64,000 nucleotides of DNA from an uncultured Bacteroidales bacterium (GCA_964550455.1 CAZJZG010000001.1:52222-116221); one strand, 5' to 3'; positions 30,544 to 41,696 are shown, numbered from the stretch's first letter. Notes: generated by a model from the letters alone, not told the origin. Program-made: numbers and translations.

Positions 30544-31245
30544 ATGAGCGTACATATTGCAGCAAAACCTAACGAAATAGCACCTTTTGTGCTGTTACCC
30601 GGCGATCCTTTAAGAGCCAGATTCATTGCTGAAAACATCCTTGAAAATGCCCGTTGCTATAGCGAAATAAGAGGGATGTACGGTTTCACAGGAACCTACA
30701 GGAACAAAACTATCTCAGTTCAGGGTACAGGAATGGGTATCCCATCAATAAGTATTTATGCACATGAACTGATTTGTGATTACAATGTTCAAGCTTTGGT
30801 CAGGATTGGCACCTGCGGTGGCTTTCCTGATGATATGAAAGTCAGGGATATTGTTATTGCTCAGGGTGCAAGCACTGATTCAGCCATTAATAAGCTAAAA
30901 TTCAATGGAATGGATTTTGCTCCGCTTGCCGATGCCGAATTGCTGCTCAAGGCTTATCAGATAGCTAAGAATACTGGTATAAGGTTTCACATAGGCAATG
31001 TGCTTACATCAGATATCTTTTATTATGACGATGATACTGAGCCTTATAAACTATGGCAGACCTATAATATTATAGCCGTAGAAATGGAAGCTGCTGCCCT
31101 TTACACTCTGGCAGCACGGTTCAGACGTAAAGCTCTGGCTATACTTACTGTCAGCAATCATATGATTACCAATGAAGAAATTCCGGCTATTGACCGTGAA
31201 AAAACCTTTACCGACATGGTAAAATTAGCTCTTGAACTGGCTTAA
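30544..31245 (+). CDS. deoD: Purine nucleoside phosphorylase DeoD-type
   Basis: Reads like hexameric PNP throughout (LLPGDPLRARFIAE, GFTGTYR...ISVQGTGMGIPS, VRIGTCGG, VEMEAAALY). Confidence 0.9.
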   Translation: MSVHIAAKPNEIAPFVLLPGDPLRARFIAENILENARCYSEIRGMYGFTGTYRNKTISVQGTGMGIPSISIYAHELICDYNVQALVRIGTCGGFPDDMKVRDIVIAQGASTDSAINKLKFNGMDFAPLADAELLLKAYQIAKNTGIRFHIGNVLTSDIFYYDDDTEPYKLWQTYNIIAVEMEAAALYTLAARFRRKALAILTVSNHMITNEEIPAIDREKTFTDMVKLALELA

Positions 31246-31305
31246 CCAGGAGTTTTAACAAATAGAACTTAAATAACAAAAGACTACTAATACGCTGTTG
31301 AACAA

Positions 31306-32850
31306 CTATTTAGCGTAATTAACAGCTCTTGTTTCCCTGATCACGGTAATTTTCACCTGACCGGGATAGCTCATTTCATCCTGTATTTTTCTTGAAAGAT
31401 CAAACGAAAGCTGAGCTGCTTCGGTATCGGTTACTTTATCTGCTCCAACAATTACACGCAACTCTCGCCCTGCCTGTATAGCATAGGTTTTAACAACACC
31501 TGGATACGTAAGTGCAAGATTTTCAAGGTCTTTCAGGCGCTGAATATATGCTTCCACAACTTCTCTGCGTGCACCGGGTCTGGCTCCGGAAATGGCATCG
31601 CAAACCTGAACTATGGGTGCAATAAGTGTTTCCATTTCTATTTCATCGTGGTGTGCACCTATCGCATTACAAATATCTTCTTTCTCCTTGTATTTTTCAG
31701 CTAATTTCATCCCCAGTAAGGCATGAGGCAGATCTGATTCATTATCAGGCACTTTCCCAATATCGTGCAACAACCCGGCACGTTTTGCCTTTTTAGGACT
31801 TAAACCCAATTCTGCCGCCATAGTAGCGGATAATGATGCAACTTCCTTACTGTGTTCTAACAGATTCTGCCCATAAGATGAACGATATTTCATCTTTCCT
31901 ATAAGGCGGACCAACTCATGGTGCATATTATGTATGCCAAGGTCAATAGTAGTTCTTTTTCCAATCTCAATAATTTCCTGCTCAATCTGTTTTTTGGTTT
32001 TTGCAACTACTTCTTCAATTCTTGCAGGATGAATACGACCATCAGTAACAAGCTTATGAAGCGAAAGACGGGCAATTTCTCTTCGAACCGGATCGAAGGC
32101 TGAAAGCAGGATCACATCTGGTGAGTCATCAATAATGAGTTCTACGCCTGTAAGAGCCTCTATTGATCGGATATTTCTCCCTTCCCTCCCGATAATCCTA
32201 CCTTTTATCTCATCATTCTCAATATTGAATACAGTAACTGTGTTTTCAATAGTATGCTCGGCAGCAGTACGCTGAATTGTCTCAATAATTATCTTTTTGG
32301 CTTCGGTATTTGCTGTAAGCCTGGCTTCATCAATAATTTCCTTTACATGGATCATGGCTTCAGCTTTGGCTTCTTCCTTTAGGTTTTCAATAAGCTGCAA
32401 TTTAGCTTCATTTGCTGACATTCCAGAAATTGATTCGAGTACTTCCTTTTGTCTCAAATGTTCTTTATCAAGTTCAGCTTGTTTTTTGTTTAAAATATCT
32501 AATTGCGATGTAAGGTTAGCCTTGATGGATGTTACTTCGTTTTCTTTACGATGAAAATCTTCAATTTTCTGTGAAAGGACCGTTTCCCTTTGTTTAATTC
32601 TGTTTTCAGTTTTTGCTATTTCACTATTTCTCTCCTGTATAACTTTGTCGTGTTCACCTTTAAGCTGTAGAAATTTTTCTTTTGCCTGCAGGATTTTATC
32701 CTTTTTAAGTATTTCAGCCTTTTCTTCTGCTTCTCTAAGAATATTCCTGCTTTTGCGGTTAGTGGCTTTACGCCCAATTGTAAATGCAATGGCAAGTCCA
32801 ATTGCAAGTCCCGCAATACCTCCGATTAATACCCATAATAGTACATTCAT
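31306..32850 (-). CDS. rny: Ribonuclease Y
   Basis: N-terminal TM helix, long coiled coil, KH domain ([12 protein letters not shown]), HD domain (LLHDIGK, GAHH). 514 aa. Confidence 0.92.
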   Translation of the reverse strand: MNVLLWVLIGGIAGLAIGLAIAFTIGRKATNRKSRNILREAEEKAEILKKDKILQAKEKFLQLKGEHDKVIQERNSEIAKTENRIKQRETVLSQKIEDFHRKENEVTSIKANLTSQLDILNKKQAELDKEHLRQKEVLESISGMSANEAKLQLIENLKEEAKAEAMIHVKEIIDEARLTANTEAKKIIIETIQRTAAEHTIENTVTVFNIENDEIKGRIIGREGRNIRSIEALTGVELIIDDSPDVILLSAFDPVRREIARLSLHKLVTDGRIHPARIEEVVAKTKKQIEQEIIEIGKRTTIDLGIHNMHHELVRLIGKMKYRSSYGQNLLEHSKEVASLSATMAAELGLSPKKAKRAGLLHDIGKVPDNESDLPHALLGMKLAEKYKEKEDICNAIGAHHDEIEMETLIAPIVQVCDAISGARPGARREVVEAYIQRLKDLENLALTYPGVVKTYAIQAGRELRVIVGADKVTDTEAAQLSFDLSRKIQDEMSYPGQVKITVIRETRAVNYAK

Positions 32851-32938
32851 ATATTTGTTTAGTTATTTGGTTAATACTGAAAGGAGATAAATTGCTGGAA
32901 CAATGGCATTTAAGAAGTAACACCGTAAGTGTATCAAT

Positions 32939-33137
32939 AAAAAAAGCCCGCAACTAAATCAGCGTTTAGGAAACCCCAAACGACACGCTTAGAGCTGCCA
33001 GGTTTTTCGAACGTCCAACGTCTTAACGAATAAGAATCCCGGTAAGAACCGGAATTTAGGCCTGTCCTACGAACCTTTGAGCTTACTCTAAATTAATTAA
33101 TGTTGAGTTTCCAAACTATTGAAATAGAGCGGGCTAT
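32939..33137 (-). ncRNA. ssrS: Structured roughly 190-nt RNA, probable 6S RNA (SsrS), immediately downstream of zapA
   Basis: On the minus strand, a 5' AGCCCGC (plus 33129-33135) pairs with a 3' GCGGGCU (plus 32945-32951) that is followed by U7. Further long-range pairs include GUUU-GGAAAC with GUUUCC-UAAAC, UUAGAG with CUCUAA, and AGGUU with AACCU. There is an apical hairpin UCCGGUUCUUACCGGGA. The result is a rod with internal loops. zapA-ssrS synteny is known from E. coli. No covariance model was run. Confidence 0.45.
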
Positions 33138-33174
33138 ATTTTTATATTCAAAGAACGCTGTAATATGATCTGTA

Positions 33175-33462
33175 TTAATCAAGAGCTTCAGTGATCAGGC
33201 GGTCAATTTCTACAAGCCTGTTATTTAAATTATGAATTCTGAAATCTGCCTCTTTTTCATAATTCAAAGTTGATGTTGCAAACTGTAAAGAAGCCATAGC
33301 CAATAAATCCTGTTGGTCTTTGTAAGCATAATTGTTTGAATACATATTCATTCTTGTTTCAATTAACTTAGCAGCATTTCTAACTATCTCTTCATCCTTT
33401 TTATTGATTGTCAACCTGTAAGGCCTGCCTGCAATTATTACTGTAATGGCCTGTTTTTCCAT
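33175..33462 (-). CDS. zapA: Cell division protein ZapA
   Basis: 95 aa. ITVIIAGRPYRLTI...EEIVRNAAKLIETRM matches the ZapA N-terminal pattern, followed by a C-terminal coiled coil. Confidence 0.7.
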   Translation of the reverse strand: MEKQAITVIIAGRPYRLTINKKDEEIVRNAAKLIETRMNMYSNNYAYKDQQDLLAMASLQFATSTLNYEKEADFRIHNLNNRLVEIDRLITEALD

Positions 33463-33487
33463 ATATTGTAGTTCCTGATACTAAATA

Positions 33488-33775
33488 CTATTTATTTAAA
33501 AGATCTATACATTTGTCAATTTCCCGCATCATATCTCCAATCCTTTTTTTTGCATCATTTATTTCAAAACGCGATGCAAGCGTTTTCGTAATGTTAATAT
33601 TTTGTATTTTTTCCTGTAATTGGTTAATCAGTTGATTTTGATGGTTTATAATCTGTTTCTGTTCTTCTGTCCTTTCTTCAAGTTCCTTATTTAGAGCCTT
33701 TAATTGCTTGTACTTTGATGTAAGGCTTTTAAGCCTAAATTCGATACCCGAGATCAGAACACTAAGGTCTTCCAT
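33488..33775 (-). CDS. Small coiled-coil protein (hypothetical, ZapB-like in composition only)
   Basis: 95 aa, heptad-rich (LKALNKELEERTEEQKQIINHQNQLINQLQEKIQ). Lies directly upstream of zapA on the same strand. Confidence 0.4.
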   Translation of the reverse strand: MEDLSVLISGIEFRLKSLTSKYKQLKALNKELEERTEEQKQIINHQNQLINQLQEKIQNINITKTLASRFEINDAKKRIGDMMREIDKCIDLLNK

Positions 33776-34106
33776 TTCTTAATAACTTCATTAGCTGTGG
33801 AAATGTTGTGCAAAAATAACAAATATTTATTCATAATACCATACCTTGAGAATTTTCCTTTAAGAAAAATGCAAAAAAAATTTAATCTCAAAGATCCGGT
33901 GTTAAAACATACTTCAGATTTAAAATAATCAACTTAACAACAATTAATATTACCTTGATTAACAACACATTAGTTATAACAAGTTGATTTGTCAAATTCT
34001 TTTTCAATAAATCCTTTCTTAACGATATTGACAAACGATTAAATTATAGTAATTTTATACCAAAATATTTTTATCGCATAAAATAAACACAATAACAAAC
34101 CAACCA

Positions 34107-35375
34107 GTGAAAGAAAATTTTTTGCATTATTTATGGAATTACGGTTTATTTCAGGGTCCGTTAAAAACTACCGAAGGCGACCTTATTGAAGTAATTAAAC
34201 CCGGAATCCGCAATACCGATTCAGGACCTGATTTTTCAGATGCCCGTGTCAGGATAGGCGATACAATATGGGCTGGTAATATCGAAATTCATATCCAGTC
34301 ATCTTCGTGGTATGAACACGGGCATGATAAAGATCCGGCATATAACAACGTCATACTTCATGTTGTTCTAAACAATGATAAGCCTGTTGTACGGCCGGAC
34401 GGTCAGCAGATCTTCTGCCTTGAATGTAGTGATCTGATACCCGGGCAGGTATATGAAAAGTACGAAGGATTGATGAAATCGCGACAATGGATACCCTGCG
34501 CCCGAATCCTGAAATTTTGTCCGGAAATAATTATCAATTCAACCATTGAATATCAAATTATTGAACGCCTTTTAAGCAAAGCAGCAATGCTTGAAAATAT
34601 GTTCTCAGCAGCAGGTAACGATTGGGAAGAACTTTTTTACCGAATATTGCTCCGATCCTTTGGATTGAAAACAAACACAACGCCATTTGAAATGCTGGCT
34701 TATTCACTTCCTCATAAAATAATTCAACGCCATCGGGATCAACCATTACAAATTGAAGCATTGTTTTTAGGGCAGGCTGGTTTTTTATCCGAAGACCTAA
34801 AAGACTCATATCCACAACAATTGAAGAATGAGTATGAATTTTTGAAGAATAAATATTCACTGAACCATCTTGATAAATCAATCTGGAAATTTTTTCGTCT
34901 CCGCCCTGCGTCATTTCCTACAATCCGTTTAGCACAATTATCGGCACTATTACATAGTTCACCCTCTCTTTTTTCGGAGGTTCTTGAAATAAATGACATA
35001 AACACTTTAAGAAGCCTTTTTAATGCCAGCCCGAACCATTACTGGAACACGCATTATCGTTTTGATATAATAGCAGTCGACACCAGAGTCAAGGCTTTAA
35101 GTGAAAGTACAATTGACATACTTATAATTAATGCTGTTGTTCCAATATTATATTTTTACGGTTCATATCACAAATTCTCTGAATTTAAAGAAAAGGCATT
35201 AAATATATTGGAACAGCTCCCACCGGAAGAAAACTCAATTATTCAGAACTGGAAATCTTCAGGTATAGTGGTGAAAAATGCTTTTGGTTCGCAGGCACTA
35301 CTCAATCTGAAATATGAATACTGTGATAAAAAACGATGTCTTGAATGTAGGATTGGAAATGAATTGCTTAAATAA
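34107..35375 (+). CDS. DUF2851-family protein
   Basis: N-terminus ENFLHYLWNYGLF and a C-terminal CxxC (CLECRIG), as I recall for DUF2851. GTG start. Confidence 0.55.
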   Translation: MKENFLHYLWNYGLFQGPLKTTEGDLIEVIKPGIRNTDSGPDFSDARVRIGDTIWAGNIEIHIQSSSWYEHGHDKDPAYNNVILHVVLNNDKPVVRPDGQQIFCLECSDLIPGQVYEKYEGLMKSRQWIPCARILKFCPEIIINSTIEYQIIERLLSKAAMLENMFSAAGNDWEELFYRILLRSFGLKTNTTPFEMLAYSLPHKIIQRHRDQPLQIEALFLGQAGFLSEDLKDSYPQQLKNEYEFLKNKYSLNHLDKSIWKFFRLRPASFPTIRLAQLSALLHSSPSLFSEVLEINDINTLRSLFNASPNHYWNTHYRFDIIAVDTRVKALSESTIDILIINAVVPILYFYGSYHKFSEFKEKALNILEQLPPEENSIIQNWKSSGIVVKNAFGSQALLNLKYEYCDKKRCLECRIGNELLK

Positions 35376-35556
35376 CAAGATTATATAAACACAGATAACA
35401 CATTGTATAACAGATTAATATAAATATAATAAACAAACACGCACAAAAGCTTAAAAACTCAATTAACAAACAAAAAAACAGTAACAGATTGGATTTGAAG
35501 AATGAACCTGAATTAACAAAAGCCGGTATTTTTGCAAACTTTAATTTCTTTTTGTA

Positions 35557-36504
35557 ATGTGGCGGGAATTAAGAAACTATTTTTTATTTTCAAAAAAGGA
35601 CATAAGAGGGATTTATGTGCTGCTGTTTATTCTTATTGTCACTTTGTTTGTCAGAGTACTGATACCAATGTTTACAAGCTCACCTGAACCGGATTTCAGT
35701 GATTTTGAACAAATGGTACTGGCTCTTGAAAAATCGAGGTATGAAGCACAAAAAGCCAATGAAAAACATGAGTCACAGTTTCTGGAATTCAACAGACCCG
35801 ATAAAGAAATTGCAGCCATTAAACTTAATCCTTTTATTTTCGATCCCAATAATATGACTGAAGAACAATGGTTTCGACTTGGTTTGAACGCAAAACAGGT
35901 CAGGAACCTGCAAAATTTCATAGCACATGGTGGTAAATTCAGGAAAAAGGAGGATTTCAAACGTATTTACACAATAAGTGAAAACGAATACGAAATTCTG
36001 GAACCTTATATTCAGATTGCTGTTCAGGAGCAGAACAAAGAAAAAGATGATGCTATGAACCGGGTTACCTATGAAAAGCCGGTTAGCGAGAAACCTAAAT
36101 CTGTAAAACAGATAAGCATCAACCTTGCTGACTCTGTTCAGCTTCTTGCAGTGCCCGGAATTGGGCCTGCTTTTGCACGACGTATTATGAAATACCGTGA
36201 ATTGCTCGGAGGGTTTCATTCGCCGGCACAGTTACTTGAAGTTTACGGGCTTGACCCAGAGCGTTATAATCAGGTGGTGGAATATTTTATCTTCGATGCG
36301 TCATTACTACGTTTCATTGAGGTTAATACTGCTGAAGTAAAGGAATTGACAGCTCATCCATACATTGACTTTTATTTGGCCAAATCAATTGTTGATCAGC
36401 GTATTAAGAAAGGCAATCTCATGTCGGACATAGATCTTTATGATATTCCTATGATGCATGATTCATTATTTCAAAAAGTAATTCCATATTTTAAATTCAA
36501 TTGA
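35557..36504 (+). CDS. Helix-hairpin-helix (ComEA-like) DNA-binding protein with N-terminal TM anchor
   Basis: TM helix (IYVLLFILIVTLFV). HhH motifs (LLAVPGIGPAFARRIMKYR and a second degenerate copy). Confidence 0.6.
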   Translation: MWRELRNYFLFSKKDIRGIYVLLFILIVTLFVRVLIPMFTSSPEPDFSDFEQMVLALEKSRYEAQKANEKHESQFLEFNRPDKEIAAIKLNPFIFDPNNMTEEQWFRLGLNAKQVRNLQNFIAHGGKFRKKEDFKRIYTISENEYEILEPYIQIAVQEQNKEKDDAMNRVTYEKPVSEKPKSVKQISINLADSVQLLAVPGIGPAFARRIMKYRELLGGFHSPAQLLEVYGLDPERYNQVVEYFIFDASLLRFIEVNTAEVKELTAHPYIDFYLAKSIVDQRIKKGNLMSDIDLYDIPMMHDSLFQKVIPYFKFN

Positions 36505-36511
36505 AATTAAT

Positions 36512-37858
36512 ATGGGTTCGAAAAGCACAACATATTGTTTTATTGTTTTCATAACGTTTCTTCTATTGATATTCGTGAGATATACAGAAGCTCAGGATGT
36601 ATTAATAAGACAAGATAATTGTGAGCAGGCAATGCAACTCAATCAGGAATCAGTTGATGCAAGGCAATCTGACAGAAAATTATCATTAAGCAAGGCGGAA
36701 GAAGCTCTTGCCCTCGCAGAAAAAGCTGGTTGTAAAGAAGCTATTGCACTTTCAAATAAAAACCTTGGTATTCTGTATTTCTATATTGGTTCGTTTGACA
36801 AGGCTGAGAAACATTATGCAATTGCTGCTGACATCTATGACGAAATTGGTGATTTAACCGGCAAGTCAGCTATTTTACATAATTTGGCATTGCTGATGCA
36901 GGAACAAGGGAAATATGATGAGGCTCTTGAGCTTTACAAACAATCAGTTTCAATCGAAACTCAGCTTAGTAATACTACAGGCGTTGCCTTAACTGAATAT
37001 AATATTGGATTGATAAGCTATTATAAAGGAAATTTCTCTGAAGCACTTCAGTATTTTATCCGGTCGCATGATGTATTGGAAAAAGCCGGACATAAAAACG
37101 GGATGATGGATTGTTTACTTAATATAGCATCTGTTTATGAAACCACCGGTTTAATTGACATAGCTATAGAATACTTTGAAAAAGCTAATGTAATTGCAAC
37201 AGAGTTAAACGATCTTTATACCGTGGCTATGATTTATCAGAATCTCGGACATGCCTATTGGGACAAGGGCGATCCTCAACTGGCACAGGAATATGTAGTA
37301 CGAGCCTTAATGATCAGAGAAGACCTTGAAGATAAACAGGGCATTGCAAACAGCCTTTCCGTTTTAGGTTCAATAAACGAAGAACACGGAAATAACGATC
37401 AGGCAATTAATTATTATTTCCAATCCTTGAAATATCATCAGGAGTTAAACAACCCAAGAGGTATTTCGACGTGTCTTTTTTATATAGGAAACAACCTGCT
37501 GATCAAGAACGACCCCCAAAAAGCTATTGATTATTTTGAAAAAAGTATAGAATTAGCACTGGAGTTAAATTTCAGACAAATATTACGAGATAATTATCAG
37601 CGTATGATAAATGCTAATATTCAGGTTAACAACATGGAAAAGGCTTATGACTATTTATTAAAGTATATGGCAGTAAAAGACAGTATAGAAGCTGAAATAA
37701 CTGAAGTAAGCAAAATTCATACTGACAGAAGTACCACAATGGGCAGGAAAATAAAAGCTGTTTATAAGCGATGGTTTAGCTCTTTATCGTTATGGTTTGA
37801 AATAAGTGTATTCCTGAATATTGTATTAATAGTGATCTTGATTTCCAGAAAAAAATAA
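36512..37858 (+). CDS. TPR-repeat protein with signal peptide and C-terminal TM helix
   Basis: About eight TPR-like repeats (LGILYFYIGSFDKAEKHY and others). C-terminal TM helix LWFEISVFLNIVLIVILI. Confidence 0.7.
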   Translation: MGSKSTTYCFIVFITFLLLIFVRYTEAQDVLIRQDNCEQAMQLNQESVDARQSDRKLSLSKAEEALALAEKAGCKEAIALSNKNLGILYFYIGSFDKAEKHYAIAADIYDEIGDLTGKSAILHNLALLMQEQGKYDEALELYKQSVSIETQLSNTTGVALTEYNIGLISYYKGNFSEALQYFIRSHDVLEKAGHKNGMMDCLLNIASVYETTGLIDIAIEYFEKANVIATELNDLYTVAMIYQNLGHAYWDKGDPQLAQEYVVRALMIREDLEDKQGIANSLSVLGSINEEHGNNDQAINYYFQSLKYHQELNNPRGISTCLFYIGNNLLIKNDPQKAIDYFEKSIELALELNFRQILRDNYQRMINANIQVNNMEKAYDYLLKYMAVKDSIEAEITEVSKIHTDRSTTMGRKIKAVYKRWFSSLSLWFEISVFLNIVLIVILISRKK

Positions 37859-37891
37859 AAACCAATACTCAGTTTTGCTACTATAATTCAC

Positions 37892-40024
37892 TCATTGCTG
37901 ATTTACCGGATACATCTCAACTCTTTTGTAATTATCAAGTTTACAAATCGTTAAGCCTTTGTTTTCCATTCCATGAACAGCAGTTGGCTCAAAATCAAAC
38001 ATTAGCTGCAAACCTCTGTAATTATATGATGGCAAGCAATCCATGAAATTATTGCCAAATTTATAAAGTGCACTTAAAAAATACCAGCTTATGTCGAATG
38101 CAGCAAATGCAAACCGCTCAGGAATAGGTTCGGCATTAAATTTATTCCTGAAAGAAGTAATAAATTGTTTTACCGGTTCAGAATCAAAATTTGTAAAATT
38201 ATCAGAAATCAAATGCAGGTTCAGATTTACCATATGCTCACTCTCAAGTGAAAATTCTTTCCATTCTTCAAGTCCAAAGCAGGTAATATTATAGTTTGCT
38301 CTGATATCGTTAAGTTTCCTCACCAGATCTATCACAAAAACTTTGTCGTCTGAAAGTCCGATTACCACATTTTCCTTATTTTTATCAAGTTTGCGGGTAA
38401 TTCCTGCAATGCTGTCACGCAAATATATAACTTCCTGAACTGATTTATTTTCCAATTCTTGTTTTAGAACATTCGCAAAATCTGAATTACTGTATGTAAA
38501 CTGCCTGACAATGATAATATTATGCTCAGGAAGGCTTTCATTAATATAGCTTGCAACAAGCATTGCCTGAGCATCTTTTGACGGCTGAGCCTTAATCGCG
38601 TAAGGATTGTTTTTCAGAAAATCATTTCTTAACGAAAGAGGATTTACAATGCTGATTTCATGTTCCCTGGCAAAATTTGCAACTCTTTCAAAACTTCCGG
38701 AATAAAGAGGTCCTATTATCAGGTCCATTTTTTTCAACTCGGGTTTTCTCATCACATCATCAAGACTTTTTGGTGTATTGTTAACATCATACACATATAC
38801 TTCTGATCTAAAACCAAGTTTACTCAAACTATCAATAGCCAGTAACGAACCAAAATAAAATTGCATAAATTCAAACGACTTCTTTGATTCCGAACCCTGA
38901 ACATAAGATTCAGAATCATAATAATGATCATCATCGTAGGAATCAAGAAAGAAAGGAATCATCAATGCTATATTATAAACCTTCTCATCAGGATAGAGAG
39001 AATTACAATCCATTGAACTACTTTGATTTAAAACTTCAATTTTAGATTCAACAGGCTCAGTAACTGGTTCTTCCTTCATTACTCTCCTTGTTGTAATAGT
39101 GTAAACAGGGATCTGAAGAACCTGATTTGCCTTAATACCTCCTGCAGCCTGAGGATTATATTTGAGTATGTGATCGCCGGGTATATTGTATTTTTTTGAA
39201 AGACTATACATTGTTTCACTACGACGAACACGATGATAAATATAGCTTACCGTAGTATCCTGAATCTCTGTATAGTGTGTGTTTACCTTTGGTTCCTGAT
39301 GTTTGATTTTCAATGTTTGTCCTACTTTGAGTCCGTTAACCAATTCCGGATTCAATGCTTCAAGCTCTGTAATGCTTATTCCAAATCTTTGAGAAATGGA
39401 ATAAAGTGTTTCTCCCTGATTAACAGTGTAATATTCAGAATTATCGTCTGAATATGATTTTTCAGTACTCTGTTCATTTACCCTGGAAATTGTAATATTT
39501 CCTGTAGTTTCGTTCGAGCCGGCTGTTGTTTTAGCTGTTGTTTCAGTGCCAGACGCAGAAGTTCCCATTAAAGGTATTACCAATACCTGACCAACCTTCA
39601 CTGTTTCAATATCCTGGTTTGCTTTTATCAAATCACTTACTGAAATATTGTAAATTCTTGCTATTCTGTACAATGTTTCACCTGTAAGAACTGTATGACT
39701 GACTTCCGAACCTTGAGTGCCGGAATTTTCTGACTTTGGCTCATTTAATTTTATGACTGCCTGACTGCTGAAAGGAATTCTGATAACATCCCCCGGGTTT
39801 ATATCTCTCTTTAACTCAGCATTTTCCCTTATTATTTTTTCAGCACTAATATTGTAAGCTTCAGAAATTGCCTGGAGGGTTTGCCCCTGCTGTACATAGT
39901 GGATATAATACTTATTATCCCCTATTTTCTCAATTACTTCCGAGCGTTGTACAGGTGTTGAAACCTGAGCAGGCGCTATCCATGGTAAAAAAACAATAAA
40001 AAGTACAAGAAGATTTTTTTTCAC
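37892..40024 (-). CDS. Multi-LysM peptidoglycan-binding protein fused to a periplasmic-binding-protein (type 1) like domain
   Basis: Signal peptide. At least five LysM repeats (YYIHYVQQGQTLQAISEAYNI, HTVLTGETLYRIARIYNI, YTVNQGETLYSISQRFGI, HRVRRSETMYSLSKKYNI). The C-terminal half of about 380 aa is alpha/beta PBP-like. Confidence 0.75.
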   Translation of the reverse strand: MKKNLLVLFIVFLPWIAPAQVSTPVQRSEVIEKIGDNKYYIHYVQQGQTLQAISEAYNISAEKIIRENAELKRDINPGDVIRIPFSSQAVIKLNEPKSENSGTQGSEVSHTVLTGETLYRIARIYNISVSDLIKANQDIETVKVGQVLVIPLMGTSASGTETTAKTTAGSNETTGNITISRVNEQSTEKSYSDDNSEYYTVNQGETLYSISQRFGISITELEALNPELVNGLKVGQTLKIKHQEPKVNTHYTEIQDTTVSYIYHRVRRSETMYSLSKKYNIPGDHILKYNPQAAGGIKANQVLQIPVYTITTRRVMKEEPVTEPVESKIEVLNQSSSMDCNSLYPDEKVYNIALMIPFFLDSYDDDHYYDSESYVQGSESKKSFEFMQFYFGSLLAIDSLSKLGFRSEVYVYDVNNTPKSLDDVMRKPELKKMDLIIGPLYSGSFERVANFAREHEISIVNPLSLRNDFLKNNPYAIKAQPSKDAQAMLVASYINESLPEHNIIIVRQFTYSNSDFANVLKQELENKSVQEVIYLRDSIAGITRKLDKNKENVVIGLSDDKVFVIDLVRKLNDIRANYNITCFGLEEWKEFSLESEHMVNLNLHLISDNFTNFDSEPVKQFITSFRNKFNAEPIPERFAFAAFDISWYFLSALYKFGNNFMDCLPSYNYRGLQLMFDFEPTAVHGMENKGLTICKLDNYKRVEMYPVNQQ

Positions 40025-40166
40025 TTTATCTGGATTGTTTACATGTATTAAATTAACGATAGTTTATTGGAAATAATGCCCAACACTCTTAATCACAATG
40101 ATTTTATAATCTGTAACCATAACACATTTCTAAAATCTCTTTTTATTTCTCAGCAAATATAAAATT

Positions 40167-41696
40167 TTATTCCCATTCAATAGTAGCCGGTGGTTTGGAG
40201 CTAATATCATAAACCACACGGTTCACACCCTTAACTTCCATTAGTATTCTGTTCGATATTAATTCAAGCAAATCATAGGGCAGGTGAATCCATCGGGCAG
40301 TCATCCCGTCAACAGAGCCAACAGCCCTGAGAGCGACAACATAATCATAGGTACGCTCGCCTCCGGTACTTCCTACCGATCTTACGGGTAACAAAACAGC
40401 TCCTGCCTGCCACACCTTTTCATACCAATCTTGCTCTTTAAGGGTCTCAATAAAAACAAAATCAGCTTCCTGAACTATAGCTACTTTTTCTGCAGTTACT
40501 TCACCCAGGATCCTGATAGCCAGTCCCGGTCCAGGAAAAGGATGACGATTAATCAATAAAGGGCTAATCCCAAATTCATAACCAACCTGTCTTACTTCAT
40601 CTTTAAAAAGTGATTTTAGAGGTTCAATGATTTTGAGTTTCATAAAATCAGGAAGCCCCCCAACATTATGATGTGATTTTACAGATGCTGAACCGCCTTT
40701 AACAGGCATTGACTCAATAACATCGGGGTATATAGTTCCCTGAGCAAGCCAGTGAGCATCAGGAATATTACGAGCTGCATCTTCAAAAACCTCAATAAAA
40801 GTTTTGCCAACAGCCTTGCGTTTTTGTTCAGGATCGCTGATCTCATGCAAAGCTTTATGAAACCTTGCCGATGCATCAACTCCATTTACATTTAATCCAA
40901 GGTCTTTATAAGTATTCAATACGGTTGTAAATTCATTCTTACGTAATAATCCATTGTTTACAAAAACACAATTTAATTGTTTTCCTATCGCTTTATGCAT
41001 TAAAACAGCAGTAACTGACGAATCAACCCCACCTGAAAGGCCCAATACAACATTATCTGACCCAATCGTATTCTTTATTTCTTTGATTGCCGACTCTATA
41101 AATGAAGCCGGCGTCCATAACGGTTCACATTTACATATATCAAATACAAAATTCTTTAACAAAACCAAACCTTCATCTTTAGTATAGTCATCAGGATGGA
41201 ACAAAACACCGTATATCCTGCTGCCTTTGATCTGAAAACCAGCATTTTGCCAATCATTGGCAGCAGCAATTTTATCCATCAGTTTGTCTGAGATCATTAT
41301 ATCATCACTAACCGACATTGTAACCTGCTGACCGGATTGTATTCCCTTCATTAGTGGATCGTTTCCGGCAATAAACGAAAGCTCAGTAGTAACATATTCC
41401 TTTCTACCTGAAGCGACCAATTCCATACCCATTTTTTTGGCAATGTATTGCGCACCGTAACCAATGCCAAGCACCGGGATATCATGGTTCAAAAAACCAA
41501 ACTCCGGATTTGGAGCATCAGGATCAAATACTGAATCCAGGCCTCCGGAAAATATAATGCCTTTAACTAACTCAAAATTAACAGGGATCTTTGTGCAGGG
41601 ATGAATTTCACAATACACCTTCAGTTTGCGTATGGAGCGGGCAATAAGGCGGGTATACTCCGAACCAAAATCAATGATGAGAATTTTTTGTTCCAT
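40167..41696 (-). CDS. guaA: GMP synthase (glutamine-hydrolysing)
   Basis: N-terminal GATase, PP-loop LGLSGGVDSSV, C-terminal dimerisation domain ending PPATIEWE. Confidence 0.95.
   Translation of the reverse strand: MEQKILIIDFGSEYTRLIARSIRKLKVYCEIHPCTKIPVNFELVKGIIFSGGLDSVFDPDAPNPEFGFLNHDIPVLGIGYGAQYIAKKMGMELVASGRKEYVTTELSFIAGNDPLMKGIQSGQQVTMSVSDDIMISDKLMDKIAAANDWQNAGFQIKGSRIYGVLFHPDDYTKDEGLVLLKNFVFDICKCEPLWTPASFIESAIKEIKNTIGSDNVVLGLSGGVDSSVTAVLMHKAIGKQLNCVFVNNGLLRKNEFTTVLNTYKDLGLNVNGVDASARFHKALHEISDPEQKRKAVGKTFIEVFEDAARNIPDAHWLAQGTIYPDVIESMPVKGGSASVKSHHNVGGLPDFMKLKIIEPLKSLFKDEVRQVGYEFGISPLLINRHPFPGPGLAIRILGEVTAEKVAIVQEADFVFIETLKEQDWYEKVWQAGAVLLPVRSVGSTGGERTYDYVVALRAVGSVDGMTARWIHLPYDLLELISNRILMEVKGVNRVVYDISSKPPATIEWE

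Noticed and set aside
32768-32953. Track ORF 32768-32953 (minus, 61 aa) and an alternative reading of the 32939-33137 structure as merely an rny 5' leader or zapA terminator.
   Set aside because: The ORF overlaps the rny start region and has no coding signal. A simple terminator does not explain the closing helix that spans about 180 nt with multiple in-register pairings, so the 6S-like call is preferred. It carries only moderate confidence.
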